Part shown: in pieces, positions 8,151 through 17,045 of the stretch | Position numbering within the stretch: position 1 is the stretch's first letter | Layout of the letters: every line of letters begins with the position of its first letter | Source of the DNA: Acidobacteriota bacterium | GTDB taxonomy: Bacteria; Acidobacteriota; Holophagae; Acanthopleuribacterales; Acanthopleuribacteraceae | Length of the DNA: 64,000 nt | Assembly (NCBI GenBank): GCA_002747255.1 | Contig: PDUC01000036.1 | Coordinates: 16,732-80,731, forward strand | Reading direction: 5' to 3' | Made by a program: the position numbers and the translations under genes | The notes under the pieces: model-generated | What the model was told of the DNA's origin: nothing | The model's input: the letters and a program-made list of their open reading frames with translations, nothing else | The model's database searches: none

Positions 8151-10238
8151 TTAATTTAATGACTTCCTTTTGGCTACAAGCATTTTGCTCATGTCAAAGA
8201 TGGCTTGTTCAGATTTAGGATCAGCTTTGCCTGTTACTGTAGGCATGTCATTACCACCTGAATCAGGTCCAATGTTACGGGCAAGATAGCTGCCATTGAT
8301 GCTGGTATCTCTACCAATCAGACAGTATCCGTCAAGGTCGCCATCTCTACTGCCAGTTGTCAGGTAAGAACCGGTTACGAACAGGTTCCATCTAACCTCA
8401 CCAAAGACAAGGTCATTACCGGAAGTTTGAGGCTGCAAGAACAATCCTTCTGTGGGATCACCTTGTACACCGTAGAAGCCTACACCAGCTTCGTCTTCAG
8501 TTACCAACCAAGTTTGCATGGTTTGTCTTGGTAATGCGGGGAATTCAACTTCCCAATGATTACCGTCCGCTTCATAAGCGCTACCTACGAGACCACCGTC
8601 AGCTGGGAAGTCTTTTCCGCCGTGGTTGACCAGAGCAATACCGGTCCAGAAGTCTGTTCCCTGTAATTTAGGCAGGTAAGGGAAGAAGATGGAAGTTCTA
8701 ACAGTATATTCGCAAGGCAAGAATGCACCGAAATCCCATACATCGTTAAGTGCCAATGAATAGCTGGGAGGACAATAGTCGTTTGCGAACCAGTAGTTGG
8801 CCTGATCAGCAAGAGTGTCGACGACTGCGCCTGAGCAAGTACCAAATGCGGGGAAACCATTTTCCCAACGAGAGTCTTTGTCAGCTGCCCATACAGCCAG
8901 ACCAACTTGTACAGGGCCAGGCTCGTCAGCGTAGTATTGACCAACTTCCATGTTTACAATGATTGTGTTGGCCTGACTCATGGAACCAGGACCTTGGTAC
9001 CACAATACTAAGTCATCAGTAAAGTAGTATCCACCCATGTTTTTGGGAGTACCCAGGAACCACTGATCAGTAGTAACGCCAGTATTCACATAGTAAGATG
9101 CAGAAGGAATGCTTCTGGGTCGATATACAGGAGCACCGTTAGGAAGATAGAATGCCAACAACTGATTGATTGTTTCATCATTAGCTGTATCTACCTGAAG
9201 TGGGAAGCCCCAAGGACCTTCATTTGCATTGTAAAAATAGATGTAAGAATTGTTATGCCAGCCTTCGCTGCAGTTAACGCGGATATTAAGTCTGTTTTCC
9301 ATTAAAACTAAACCGTTGTCATCAACACCCTGACCACCAGCATCAAGACAAAGTCTTGCAAATTTGCGGCTAGGCTTGTAGATAGATCCAGTGCAGTCAC
9401 CTTGAACACCCCTGGCAATGCTATCGTCACCAGAGTAGTTGGTAGGTATCTGATTACCTTTGTCAATTGTTACACCGGGCATGGCAGTGAATACACCAAA
9501 GTCGCCGTTCCACGCAGTATCTTTGTACGAAATGGTATCAAACTTAAGAGTGGATTCGGGATTAGGATAGTAATCCAGAACAGATTCTTCCAGGTTGACA
9601 CAAATCAGGGTAGAAATTGCGGGATAGTTGGGATCACAACCAGCAGGCACTGTGTAGCTTGAGTCCCTTGTGTTGGCAGGCAGGTTGGAGCTTACACTGG
9701 CGTTCGCCTGTACCGACTTGGCAGCAGTGACACCGAAAGTCCATGCAACACGACCGTTGGACAGTGAAGGAGCAACGACAGCTTGCTGAGAAGTACTGAA
9801 AATCCAAGTGTCACTGGCACTCTGAACTCGCAGCCAGATATACTGTTCACCAGCGATCCAGCGAACGATGGATACAGTTTCAGGATGAGCAGCAATAGTA
9901 TTGTTACCAGTAGCACCAGCGTCTTCAAGTCTCACTGCCAGATAAATAGGTTCTCCATAAAAGCCAGCGACTTGTGTGCCCTGACCATCGTATGTAGCCC
10001 AATTACCAACCAGGTTGCCGCAGAGAACCGCGTCATGAGTAAGACGGACACGGATGTATGTAGGATCTTGGGTTGTAGCGTCGGCAAAGTCATTACCGTT
10101 AACAGACATGGTAATTGAACCAGCTTCCTCGCATGAACCTCTGTAGTAAAGGTCCTGAATGTTTGTCCTGAGATCAACGTTTGCAAATGTAGTAAATGCA
10201 ACGGCTGATAGCGCCAGGATACCAAAAATTTTTTTCAT
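8151..10238 (-). CDS. 695-aa secreted protein, candidate abundant surface/structural protein, no domain recognised
   Basis: Signal peptide MKKIFGILALSAVAFTTFANV and a GGAGG Shine-Dalgarno 8 nt upstream. The gene is monocistronic, between its own sigma-54 promoter and a strong terminator. The composition is rich in Gly/Thr/Asn/aromatic residues. Confidence 0.85.
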   Translation of the reverse strand: MKKIFGILALSAVAFTTFANVDLRTNIQDLYYRGSCEEAGSITMSVNGNDFADATTQDPTYIRVRLTHDAVLCGNLVGNWATYDGQGTQVAGFYGEPIYLAVRLEDAGATGNNTIAAHPETVSIVRWIAGEQYIWLRVQSASDTWIFSTSQQAVVAPSLSNGRVAWTFGVTAAKSVQANASVSSNLPANTRDSSYTVPAGCDPNYPAISTLICVNLEESVLDYYPNPESTLKFDTISYKDTAWNGDFGVFTAMPGVTIDKGNQIPTNYSGDDSIARGVQGDCTGSIYKPSRKFARLCLDAGGQGVDDNGLVLMENRLNIRVNCSEGWHNNSYIYFYNANEGPWGFPLQVDTANDETINQLLAFYLPNGAPVYRPRSIPSASYYVNTGVTTDQWFLGTPKNMGGYYFTDDLVLWYQGPGSMSQANTIIVNMEVGQYYADEPGPVQVGLAVWAADKDSRWENGFPAFGTCSGAVVDTLADQANYWFANDYCPPSYSLALNDVWDFGAFLPCEYTVRTSIFFPYLPKLQGTDFWTGIALVNHGGKDFPADGGLVGSAYEADGNHWEVEFPALPRQTMQTWLVTEDEAGVGFYGVQGDPTEGLFLQPQTSGNDLVFGEVRWNLFVTGSYLTTGSRDGDLDGYCLIGRDTSINGSYLARNIGPDSGGNDMPTVTGKADPKSEQAIFDMSKMLVAKRKSLN

Positions 10239-10357
10239 TTGTAAAAACCTCCAAAGATTTTTATTAAGTTATTTTTTCCAACCGGATTCAGATTTACGCC
10301 CACCATTTATGATATTAATGCAAGTCACAGCCCTTAGGCGAGACGCACCCGTTACTA

Positions 10358-10373
10358 TGCAATCAACGTGCCA
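10358..10373 (-). promoter_or_regulatory. sigma-54 (-24/-12) promoter for the 8151..10238 gene
   Basis: The minus strand reads TGGCAC-GTTGA-TTGCA, a perfect match to TGGCAC-N5-TTGCW. It implies a 5' UTR of about 100 nt. Confidence 0.75.
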
Positions 10374-10459
10374 ACTCACGCAAGTATGTATATCATAATA
10401 TAACTACAATTTAGCTGACATAGTTGTTTTTATAAACGAGGAAACAACCCCTGCACAGA

Positions 10460-10478
10460 TGTCTCCACTCAAGAGACA
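10460..10478. promoter_or_regulatory. candidate enhancer (UAS) inverted repeat TGTCTC-N7-GAGACA
   Basis: Perfect 6+6 inverted repeat about 90-105 bp upstream of the sigma-54 promoter at 10358-10373. The same half-sites recur at 17302-17320 and 3251-3270. Confidence 0.35.
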
Positions 10479-10569
10479 GTATCGGCATGTTTACCAATTT
10501 CAAATGATCTCAGGACTGTTTGAAGCAATATTTTTCAAAATACCAGGCTACTGATGATAAAATATCTCA

Positions 10570-11841
10570 ATGAAGCAGTTTATCTTTTTCTCCATTCTCT
10601 TGACAGGGCATATTTTATTTGCGCAAACAGATGAAACCATATTTAGAGAGTTTCGCTTTGACTTCACCACACCTGGCGCTCGAGCCAACGCCCTTGGAAA
10701 AGCTTTTGTTGGCCTATCCGATGAGGCCACCTCAGCCTACAACAACCCCGCTGGCCTATCCGTCCTGGAACACCCTGAAATCACCCTGGAGTATCAATCC
10801 AACAAGATCCAATATGCTTTTCTTCAAAACACTGATTCATTTGAGCTTATCAATGGTGATATTCTCCACCCTGAAATCCATACCAATCGCTGCAGTTTTG
10901 CCTCCATAAGCTTTAGTAAGTATAACACTAACTTTTCCCTTTTTTACGTCAATCAGCTTCAGTATTCACGTGAACTGCCCGAGGAGATAAGCACCTGGTA
11001 TCATATCGATATTGGTTACAACTTCTTTTATGGCAACCAGCATCGGGTTCAACTCGATATTTCCACTTACGGGCTCAGCTTTGGTCGTGCTTTTTCCCGG
11101 CTTTCTTTTGGTGCCGCCATTGGCCTCTCACAGCTCGATATACGTTATAAATACAGTACGCGGCTCATATCATACGACCTTGAGCTCGACCAGCTAGTTT
11201 TAAGTGAAACCAACCACAATCTTTCGGAATTTTCCTGTGTTTTAGGCATGACGTACCAAATTCATCCAAAAATAAGAATTGGAGCATCTTATAAGAGCCT
11301 TCCATCTTACAAATACAGTGAAAAGGTTCAAACACTGCAGGATCCTGAATATCATTCCGTGCCGATCCGATTTAAAGTTCCCGATTCGCTTGCTATCGGT
11401 TTGAGTTGTCTGCCAACAGACAGGATCACCATTGTGCTGGATTTTAACAGAATATGGTATCACCAGTTAGCCGGTGACAACTTCACCGTTATCTCCGGTG
11501 ATGAATACACCAAAGAAAATTACATCACTCCCGATGCGACTGAAAAACACATTGGCATTGAGTACCTTCTCCCCTGGCGCAAGCACATCTTTGCATTCCG
11601 TTGCGGGGCTTATGAAAATCCCGACCACAAAACGCGCTTCACGGCCTCAACATCTACGTTCGCTTCAGACATACAGGCCTTCGTCTTTAACACTGGCAGC
11701 CAGAAAACCATGACGGCCTACACTATCGGGCTGGGATATGTCTGGAAGAACAAACTGCAAACAGATATGGCATTGGTACATGAAGGAGATCAATTTCACT
11801 CCTTCATCACCTCTTTCTTATACAGATTTGGGAAAAAATGA
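10570..11841 (+). CDS. outer-membrane beta-barrel protein (FadL/PorV-like family)
   Basis: Signal peptide MKQFIFFSILLTGHILFAQT. The N-terminal motif GARANALGKAFVGLSDEATSAYNNPAGLS is characteristic of FadL/PorV-type barrels. The rest of the protein shows alternating amphipathic strands. Confidence 0.7.
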   Translation: MKQFIFFSILLTGHILFAQTDETIFREFRFDFTTPGARANALGKAFVGLSDEATSAYNNPAGLSVLEHPEITLEYQSNKIQYAFLQNTDSFELINGDILHPEIHTNRCSFASISFSKYNTNFSLFYVNQLQYSRELPEEISTWYHIDIGYNFFYGNQHRVQLDISTYGLSFGRAFSRLSFGAAIGLSQLDIRYKYSTRLISYDLELDQLVLSETNHNLSEFSCVLGMTYQIHPKIRIGASYKSLPSYKYSEKVQTLQDPEYHSVPIRFKVPDSLAIGLSCLPTDRITIVLDFNRIWYHQLAGDNFTVISGDEYTKENYITPDATEKHIGIEYLLPWRKHIFAFRCGAYENPDHKTRFTASTSTFASDIQAFVFNTGSQKTMTAYTIGLGYVWKNKLQTDMALVHEGDQFHSFITSFLYRFGKK

Positions 11842-13997
11842 TGAAGAACAGCAAGTTCATTGGCATCCTCTTGGTTCTTTTTCTGTTGTCTCACATCTTT
11901 TTGCTGGCAGATGACCGTTTTTTAGACAGCTATAAAAAAGGTTGTGAAGCCATGAACATGCAGGAATACAGCCAGGCCATTGCGTACTTTGAAAGCGCAA
12001 TAGCTGAGGAACCAGTATCATCCAACAAGGTGAGAGACTACGGTGTGCAGTTTGTCTCCTATCATCCCTACACTTACTTAGTTGAAGCCTATCTCATGTG
12101 GCAGGGACCTGACCACCTGGAAAAGGCACGACAGTATGCCGATTTGGCTGTTCGCTACAAAGAAGACGACCCCGAAAAGTTCCAAGAATTAAAAGCCAAA
12201 GTAACCCGCCTCAGGAGAATCGTCGACTCACAAATTCAGGCCAACACCCAGCAGGAAAAACCCAGCATTCCGTTAGATACTGTCAACCTGCTTATATCTC
12301 AAGGCCAGTTTCATGAAGCGCTGGACCAAATCAATCTCCTCATACACTCTTTTCCGGATGAAGCCATTCTTAAAAGCACCAAGCACCTTCTCAGGGAACT
12401 GATCCTCAAAACAACTACCGCTGAGAAATCTGAACAGGCACATAAAAAGAACCTTGACGAGTTTTTACTCAAAGCGAGGCAAAGCATTTCAGTTGACAAT
12501 CAGGAAACAGCTTATTTGTACTATTTATATGTAGACGTTCTCGATCCGGGCAACGAAGAAGCTGCTTTGTTTATTGAAAAGTTCAAGCAGAACCTTGCCG
12601 ATCAGGGAAAAACCCAGGAAGAAATCGCCTTGGAGTTAACCTCCTACAAAACAGAAAATCAGGATCTTCTCAATAGGTTGACTGAACTGGCGGATAAAAA
12701 TAAAAAGATTAGAAATGAGCTTGAAGTCCTTCAAAATCAGATGTCACAGATGGAATCTGCAACTCAGCCCGTCACGCCCCAAGTTGAAGTTACCTGGGAC
12801 CCCAAACCAGTCAAAGATGAAGAAAGAGAATATCATTTGAGCGCCACTATCAACAGTAACATTCCCATCGAGAGTGTTAAATTCTTCAGCAATGGCGTGC
12901 TGATTAAAACATGGGAAAATATTGGCAAGTCTCATTTCAAAATGCCCACTATTCAGAATTTCAGTTTTCTCAACTACCAGAACCGGCTGCGCCTGGAAAT
13001 AAGAGATATCAGGGGGAATATACACAACGATGAAATTCCATTAAACATCCCTCAGTCTACCAACAAATTCTTCCAGCACTTCCCGAAAGCATTTGTAGTT
13101 TTTGTTCTATTTACTGTTTCCTACGTTTATATGTCGAGACAACGCAAGAAAAGACAGGCTTTCAGGGAGCGGTTCAACCCCTATGTAGCGGGTGCACCTG
13201 TCTTTTCAAGCTCCATGTTTTATGGAAGACACGACCTTTTGAAACAAATATTAAACACTCTGCATAATAATTCCATGATGATCTGCGGTGAACGAAGGAT
13301 AGGTAAAACGACTTTGATGCATCGCCTGCATTCGGTGCTTCCGGCTTTGGATGATCCAGAGTATCAGTTCTATCCCGTCATGATTGACTTACAGGGGATG
13401 GTAGAAGAGGATTTTTTCGCCAGTATGGACCACGAAATCATTGACTCACTGGCAGAAACAGGTATCAAGCTGCCAGAATACTGGGAAGGCACCATGAATG
13501 TTCGTGTTTTCACCAAGCGAATACGACAGATCATCAGTGAACTCAAGTCCCATTCCGATCGTTCACCAAAACTCGTGCTCTTGTTGGATGAAGTCGATAT
13601 TATGAACAGCTTTTCTGAAAAGACCAACCAGCAGTTGCGTTCCGTTTTCATGAAGGGGTTTGCTAAACATCTAGTAGCTGTTATGGCAGGCATTCACTTA
13701 AAGAAGCGATGGGACAGTGAGGGGAGCCCATGGTACAACTTCTTTGAGCAGATAGAATTGCAGCCATTTACTAACAGACACGCCAAAGCTTTGATCGAAA
13801 ACCCGGTTAAGGGTATTTACAGCTACAGCGACGAGGCTGAAGATCGCATACTGGAGTTAAGCAACCTAAAACCCTACGTTATTCAACGTCTTTGCGTCAA
13901 TCTCATTGCAACTATTCTGTCTGAAAACAGGCGCCGTGTGACTCGCAAGGATGTCGATCGTGTTTTTGAGTCCATCCAGAAGGAGAAAGAGCAATGA
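11838..13997 (+). CDS. bitopic membrane protein: periplasmic TPR + coiled coil + beta domain, one TM, cytoplasmic P-loop ATPase (Arch_ATPase/ATPase_2-like)
   Basis: ATGA overlap with the OMP gene. N-terminal anchor FIGILLVLFLLSHIFLLA and a TPR-like segment YSQAIAYFESAIAEEP. A long heptad-rich segment is followed by a TM, FPKAFVVFVLFTVSYVYMS (about nt 13081-13140), and then RQRKKRQ. NPYVAGAPV...FYGR...GERRIGKTTL is Walker A (nt 13287-13313) and LVLLLDEVD is Walker B. Confidence 0.75.
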   Translation: MMKNSKFIGILLVLFLLSHIFLLADDRFLDSYKKGCEAMNMQEYSQAIAYFESAIAEEPVSSNKVRDYGVQFVSYHPYTYLVEAYLMWQGPDHLEKARQYADLAVRYKEDDPEKFQELKAKVTRLRRIVDSQIQANTQQEKPSIPLDTVNLLISQGQFHEALDQINLLIHSFPDEAILKSTKHLLRELILKTTTAEKSEQAHKKNLDEFLLKARQSISVDNQETAYLYYLYVDVLDPGNEEAALFIEKFKQNLADQGKTQEEIALELTSYKTENQDLLNRLTELADKNKKIRNELEVLQNQMSQMESATQPVTPQVEVTWDPKPVKDEEREYHLSATINSNIPIESVKFFSNGVLIKTWENIGKSHFKMPTIQNFSFLNYQNRLRLEIRDIRGNIHNDEIPLNIPQSTNKFFQHFPKAFVVFVLFTVSYVYMSRQRKKRQAFRERFNPYVAGAPVFSSSMFYGRHDLLKQILNTLHNNSMMICGERRIGKTTLMHRLHSVLPALDDPEYQFYPVMIDLQGMVEEDFFASMDHEIIDSLAETGIKLPEYWEGTMNVRVFTKRIRQIISELKSHSDRSPKLVLLLDEVDIMNSFSEKTNQQLRSVFMKGFAKHLVAVMAGIHLKKRWDSEGSPWYNFFEQIELQPFTNRHAKALIENPVKGIYSYSDEAEDRILELSNLKPYVIQRLCVNLIATILSENRRRVTRKDVDRVFESIQKEKEQ

Positions 13998-15418
13998 GGA
14001 ATCCCTTTTCTGCAGGAAGCTGGGTATCCGGTAAGGGCTTTATCGGCCGGGAAGAAATCATGCAGCGGCTCATCTATTCAAATGAAAATTGTGATTGGGT
14101 ACAGGCACAGCGGAGAATGGGAAAAACCTCCTTACTCAGACAGCTGGAAGAAAAAATCAACAAAGGACAGATCGAATCCGCGTCCATCAGGACCACTTTG
14201 GCCGTGTTTTGGGATATCCAGGGAAGTTATGACGCCAGCGGACTCCTTGAAAGTCTTGAGGACGCGCTGGACGACAGTTACGATCTGTTCCCCCAATCAT
14301 GGCATGACATGGACCCCTCGGATTTTCAGGCCGATCACCCCCATCAGACCATAAAAAATCTCACCAGACAGCTTAGAAAAAAAGCTATGGGCTTAACACT
14401 TCTCATCGATGAAGCGGAAGAGTTGATGACCTTGAATGAAAAAAATCCTGAAACTCTGGCACGACTGAGAAAAGTGTTTCACACCTCATCCAACATTCAT
14501 ACGATCATTTGTTCCACTCCACGTCTTGAAAACTTGAGACAACATCAAGCTATTGAAACATCGCCCTTTCTCCACGGATTTCAGGTCCACTACTTGAGTA
14601 CATTCAATAGAAAAGAAACACAGCAATTACTCGATATGGGTAATATCCCAGCCGATATCGGAGAAAGGATATACCAGCTCACACACGGTAATCCCTATCA
14701 AATACAATTATTTGCAAAGTACTTTTTTGAGAACAGAGATTTCGAGGAAACAAGCTTGTTCATGCAAAGCAATCCGTCTCTTTCCCAGGTACACGATGTC
14801 AACCTCGGCTTGCTCACCGAAAGAGAGCAAGAGATCCTATCAAAGTTCACCATGGATCACCTTCAATCACCCCCGTCAGAAAGTAACCAGTTGATCTTTA
14901 AGAAACTCATTAGATTGGGTTACTTATCGGGAAATGAAAAATCCCCCAGCATTGCATCGGATCTTTTCCACAAATGGCTAAAGCGGTATTTCAGTCAAAA
15001 TCTCAACCTTCATCCAAAAGACCTGAAGGACATGCCACTCAGCGAAGCAAGCAGCAAGATAGTTCGTGAGAACATTCTCAATTTGTACCAGTATCTGCTG
15101 CAAAAAATGCAACAGGGATACCGGCTGAATGTCCATGCGGGACACTTCAACGTATCCAGCATGGATAAAAAAGCCTATCCCACTCATGAAGCCTCTGAGC
15201 AGAAAGCAATAGCTCCCAACTTGAATACCCCTCTCTGGTCTCTGGCACTACAAGATCTCATCATTCTCACTCAGGAATTATTTGATTTCAAGAAACACTG
15301 GTCCTGCTTCCGCTTGATGGAATTAGCAAATAATCTGGGCAACACTACAGAAGAAGAAATTCTTGATCTTATGAATCTGATTAGAGAAGAAGCCCGGCTG
15401 GAATCGGAAAAGATCTGA
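13994..15418 (+). CDS. soluble P-loop ATPase of the same (Arch_ATPase/STAND-like) type with a helical C-terminal region
   Basis: ATGA overlap with the upstream gene. NPFSAGSWVSGKGFIGRE...AQRRMGKTSLLRQL is Walker A (nt 14104-14130) and LTLLIDEAEEL is Walker B. No TM segment is present. Confidence 0.7.
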   Translation: MRNPFSAGSWVSGKGFIGREEIMQRLIYSNENCDWVQAQRRMGKTSLLRQLEEKINKGQIESASIRTTLAVFWDIQGSYDASGLLESLEDALDDSYDLFPQSWHDMDPSDFQADHPHQTIKNLTRQLRKKAMGLTLLIDEAEELMTLNEKNPETLARLRKVFHTSSNIHTIICSTPRLENLRQHQAIETSPFLHGFQVHYLSTFNRKETQQLLDMGNIPADIGERIYQLTHGNPYQIQLFAKYFFENRDFEETSLFMQSNPSLSQVHDVNLGLLTEREQEILSKFTMDHLQSPPSESNQLIFKKLIRLGYLSGNEKSPSIASDLFHKWLKRYFSQNLNLHPKDLKDMPLSEASSKIVRENILNLYQYLLQKMQQGYRLNVHAGHFNVSSMDKKAYPTHEASEQKAIAPNLNTPLWSLALQDLIILTQELFDFKKHWSCFRLMELANNLGNTTEEEILDLMNLIREEARLESEKI

Positions 15419-15525
15419 TTCATATCAGAATCTTTGCATCATCGTCTGCGTTATCACATGGAAAGGATTAGACGTGTTTCAGCTATTATTAATCTTTAAA
15501 GAAGCTAAATGAAAAAGGAAGGGCG

Positions 15526-17007
15526 TTACTCTGTTTCCTCTAATTTGACATTTTGAATGGGTAGGGAAATGAGAGCGATATCGGAATCATTTTTACCAAG
15601 CATGGTTGATGTGAAGGAACCCTCGATGCTGCTGATCACAAAATAAAAAGTCTTTGCGGTATCTTCTTTAAACAGGTCTGCCAAAGCAGTTTCATCAATA
15701 GACCAGGCTTCAGAAGGACTTAATTCTCTTTTGTTGTAACCTGCGACCCTTCCATCTTCAGCCAGGATAGACAATCGAACAACGATGGGCGTTTTCTCTG
15801 TATTTTGAATGTACAGAGTTCTGCTGACCATGCTCTGACCTGTCAGCCAGAAGCTGGAGTAGTTGCCTGCCTGTTGAATATTCACAGCGCCCAAGGAAGA
15901 CCTGTTATCGGTGGCATAATGAAGACCGTGGACAGTGTATTCTGCCAGTTGTTCCTGGTCTTCAAGTTCTTCGTCCACTTCAGGAAGGATAATTTGAAAT
16001 TGAATTCTCAAAGGAATTTTTCCATCAGTTGCGTAAATCTCATTAAACCAGGTTGAACCAACAACACCAGAGATTCTTGTATTTGGAGGAAGCTTTAGTT
16101 CAATAGAATCCTCTTTGACATCAAAGCCACTCTCATCATCTCCGCTGAGAAACATCTCGGTATAGACCAGGGTGAGATTCATGTGAATTTCATGGTTGTG
16201 AGGGTTGGTAAATGTCGCCCAATGACTTGTATTTTCCATAAATGGCAGAAGCGGCAGGGATCCATTTTGTAAAACCTTGGTATTCAACTCAAAGGCACAA
16301 GTCTGTTTGGATTCGTCTACCTTTGAAAAGGTTTGATAGCCCACCAGTTGAAACTCTGGATTCTGACACAGAACCTCGCCCCAAAAAGCCGCAACAGGGT
16401 TATCCAAATCTCCCAGGAACACATCGAAGTACGGTGTTTTTTTCAAAAAGCCGGCGTGATTCAAACCCGACCACAATTCGGTTTCCTGCGGAAGCCCGTC
16501 CACGTCATAAAATCTGAAATCCAAATTGGATTGCATGGAATCACCGATCCCCACAACGGAGAAACTCGATTTCCAGGTGAAGTAATTGGTTCCTATTTGC
16601 GGAATGACCACTCGATTGCCGTGATTCAAGTGAAGCGAAACGCCGTTTAATTGGCCCGTCTCTGTGTTGTGGATCCACATGAAACCTTCCAGTGGCACAT
16701 CTGACCGGAAGATGAGCGACTGCACCGCCGCAAGTGATTCCCTGTGATCGAAAGGAGAGAAAGAAAAACCGCCACTTCCATTGATGATTACATCGTCGAA
16801 TTTGACTATTTCCCTGCCAAGGAAACTGTAACCTCTGATGTCTATTCGATGTTCACCTTCACCCTGAACGCCCGCTTCGATGAGGTATTGCCATTCCCCG
16901 CTAAATGTTTTCTCTGGCAAAGGTACAAAGCTGATGTACTCGGGACTATCATCTGTAAGTCCTGCCATACCTAACAATAAAACTAATAATAGTAACGTTT
17001 TTTTCAT
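15526..17007 (-). CDS. 493-aa secreted protein, no known domain, shares beta-sandwich-like modules with the 5248 and 8151 proteins
   Basis: The ORF track gives 15526..17064. I prefer the ATG at 17007 (MKKTLLLLVLLLGMAGL is a signal peptide), because a -24/-12 promoter lies at 17046-17061 inside the longer ORF. Confidence 0.75.
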   Translation of the reverse strand: MKKTLLLLVLLLGMAGLTDDSPEYISFVPLPEKTFSGEWQYLIEAGVQGEGEHRIDIRGYSFLGREIVKFDDVIINGSGGFSFSPFDHRESLAAVQSLIFRSDVPLEGFMWIHNTETGQLNGVSLHLNHGNRVVIPQIGTNYFTWKSSFSVVGIGDSMQSNLDFRFYDVDGLPQETELWSGLNHAGFLKKTPYFDVFLGDLDNPVAAFWGEVLCQNPEFQLVGYQTFSKVDESKQTCAFELNTKVLQNGSLPLLPFMENTSHWATFTNPHNHEIHMNLTLVYTEMFLSGDDESGFDVKEDSIELKLPPNTRISGVVGSTWFNEIYATDGKIPLRIQFQIILPEVDEELEDQEQLAEYTVHGLHYATDNRSSLGAVNIQQAGNYSSFWLTGQSMVSRTLYIQNTEKTPIVVRLSILAEDGRVAGYNKRELSPSEAWSIDETALADLFKEDTAKTFYFVISSIEGSFTSTMLGKNDSDIALISLPIQNVKLEETE

Positions 17008-17045
17008 ATTTGTTTCCGATCGATCAAATCCGACACACTCAATGA

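Noticed and set aside
10513-10526. Possible -24/-12 element AGGAC-TGTTT-GAAGCA upstream of the OMP gene at 10570.
   Set aside because: Only the GG and GC dinucleotides, at correct spacing, match. The flanking consensus positions (TGGCAC, TTGC) do not, so the evidence is too weak to call. It would be worth revisiting with a position weight matrix.
11838-15418. The two Arch_ATPase/STAND-like NTPases as an anti-phage defence pair (Avs/AbiEii-like logic).
   Set aside because: No nuclease, protease, TIR or other effector domain is present. One ATPase is bitopic with a large periplasmic domain, and both are translationally coupled to an OMP gene. This cannot be fully excluded without profile searches.
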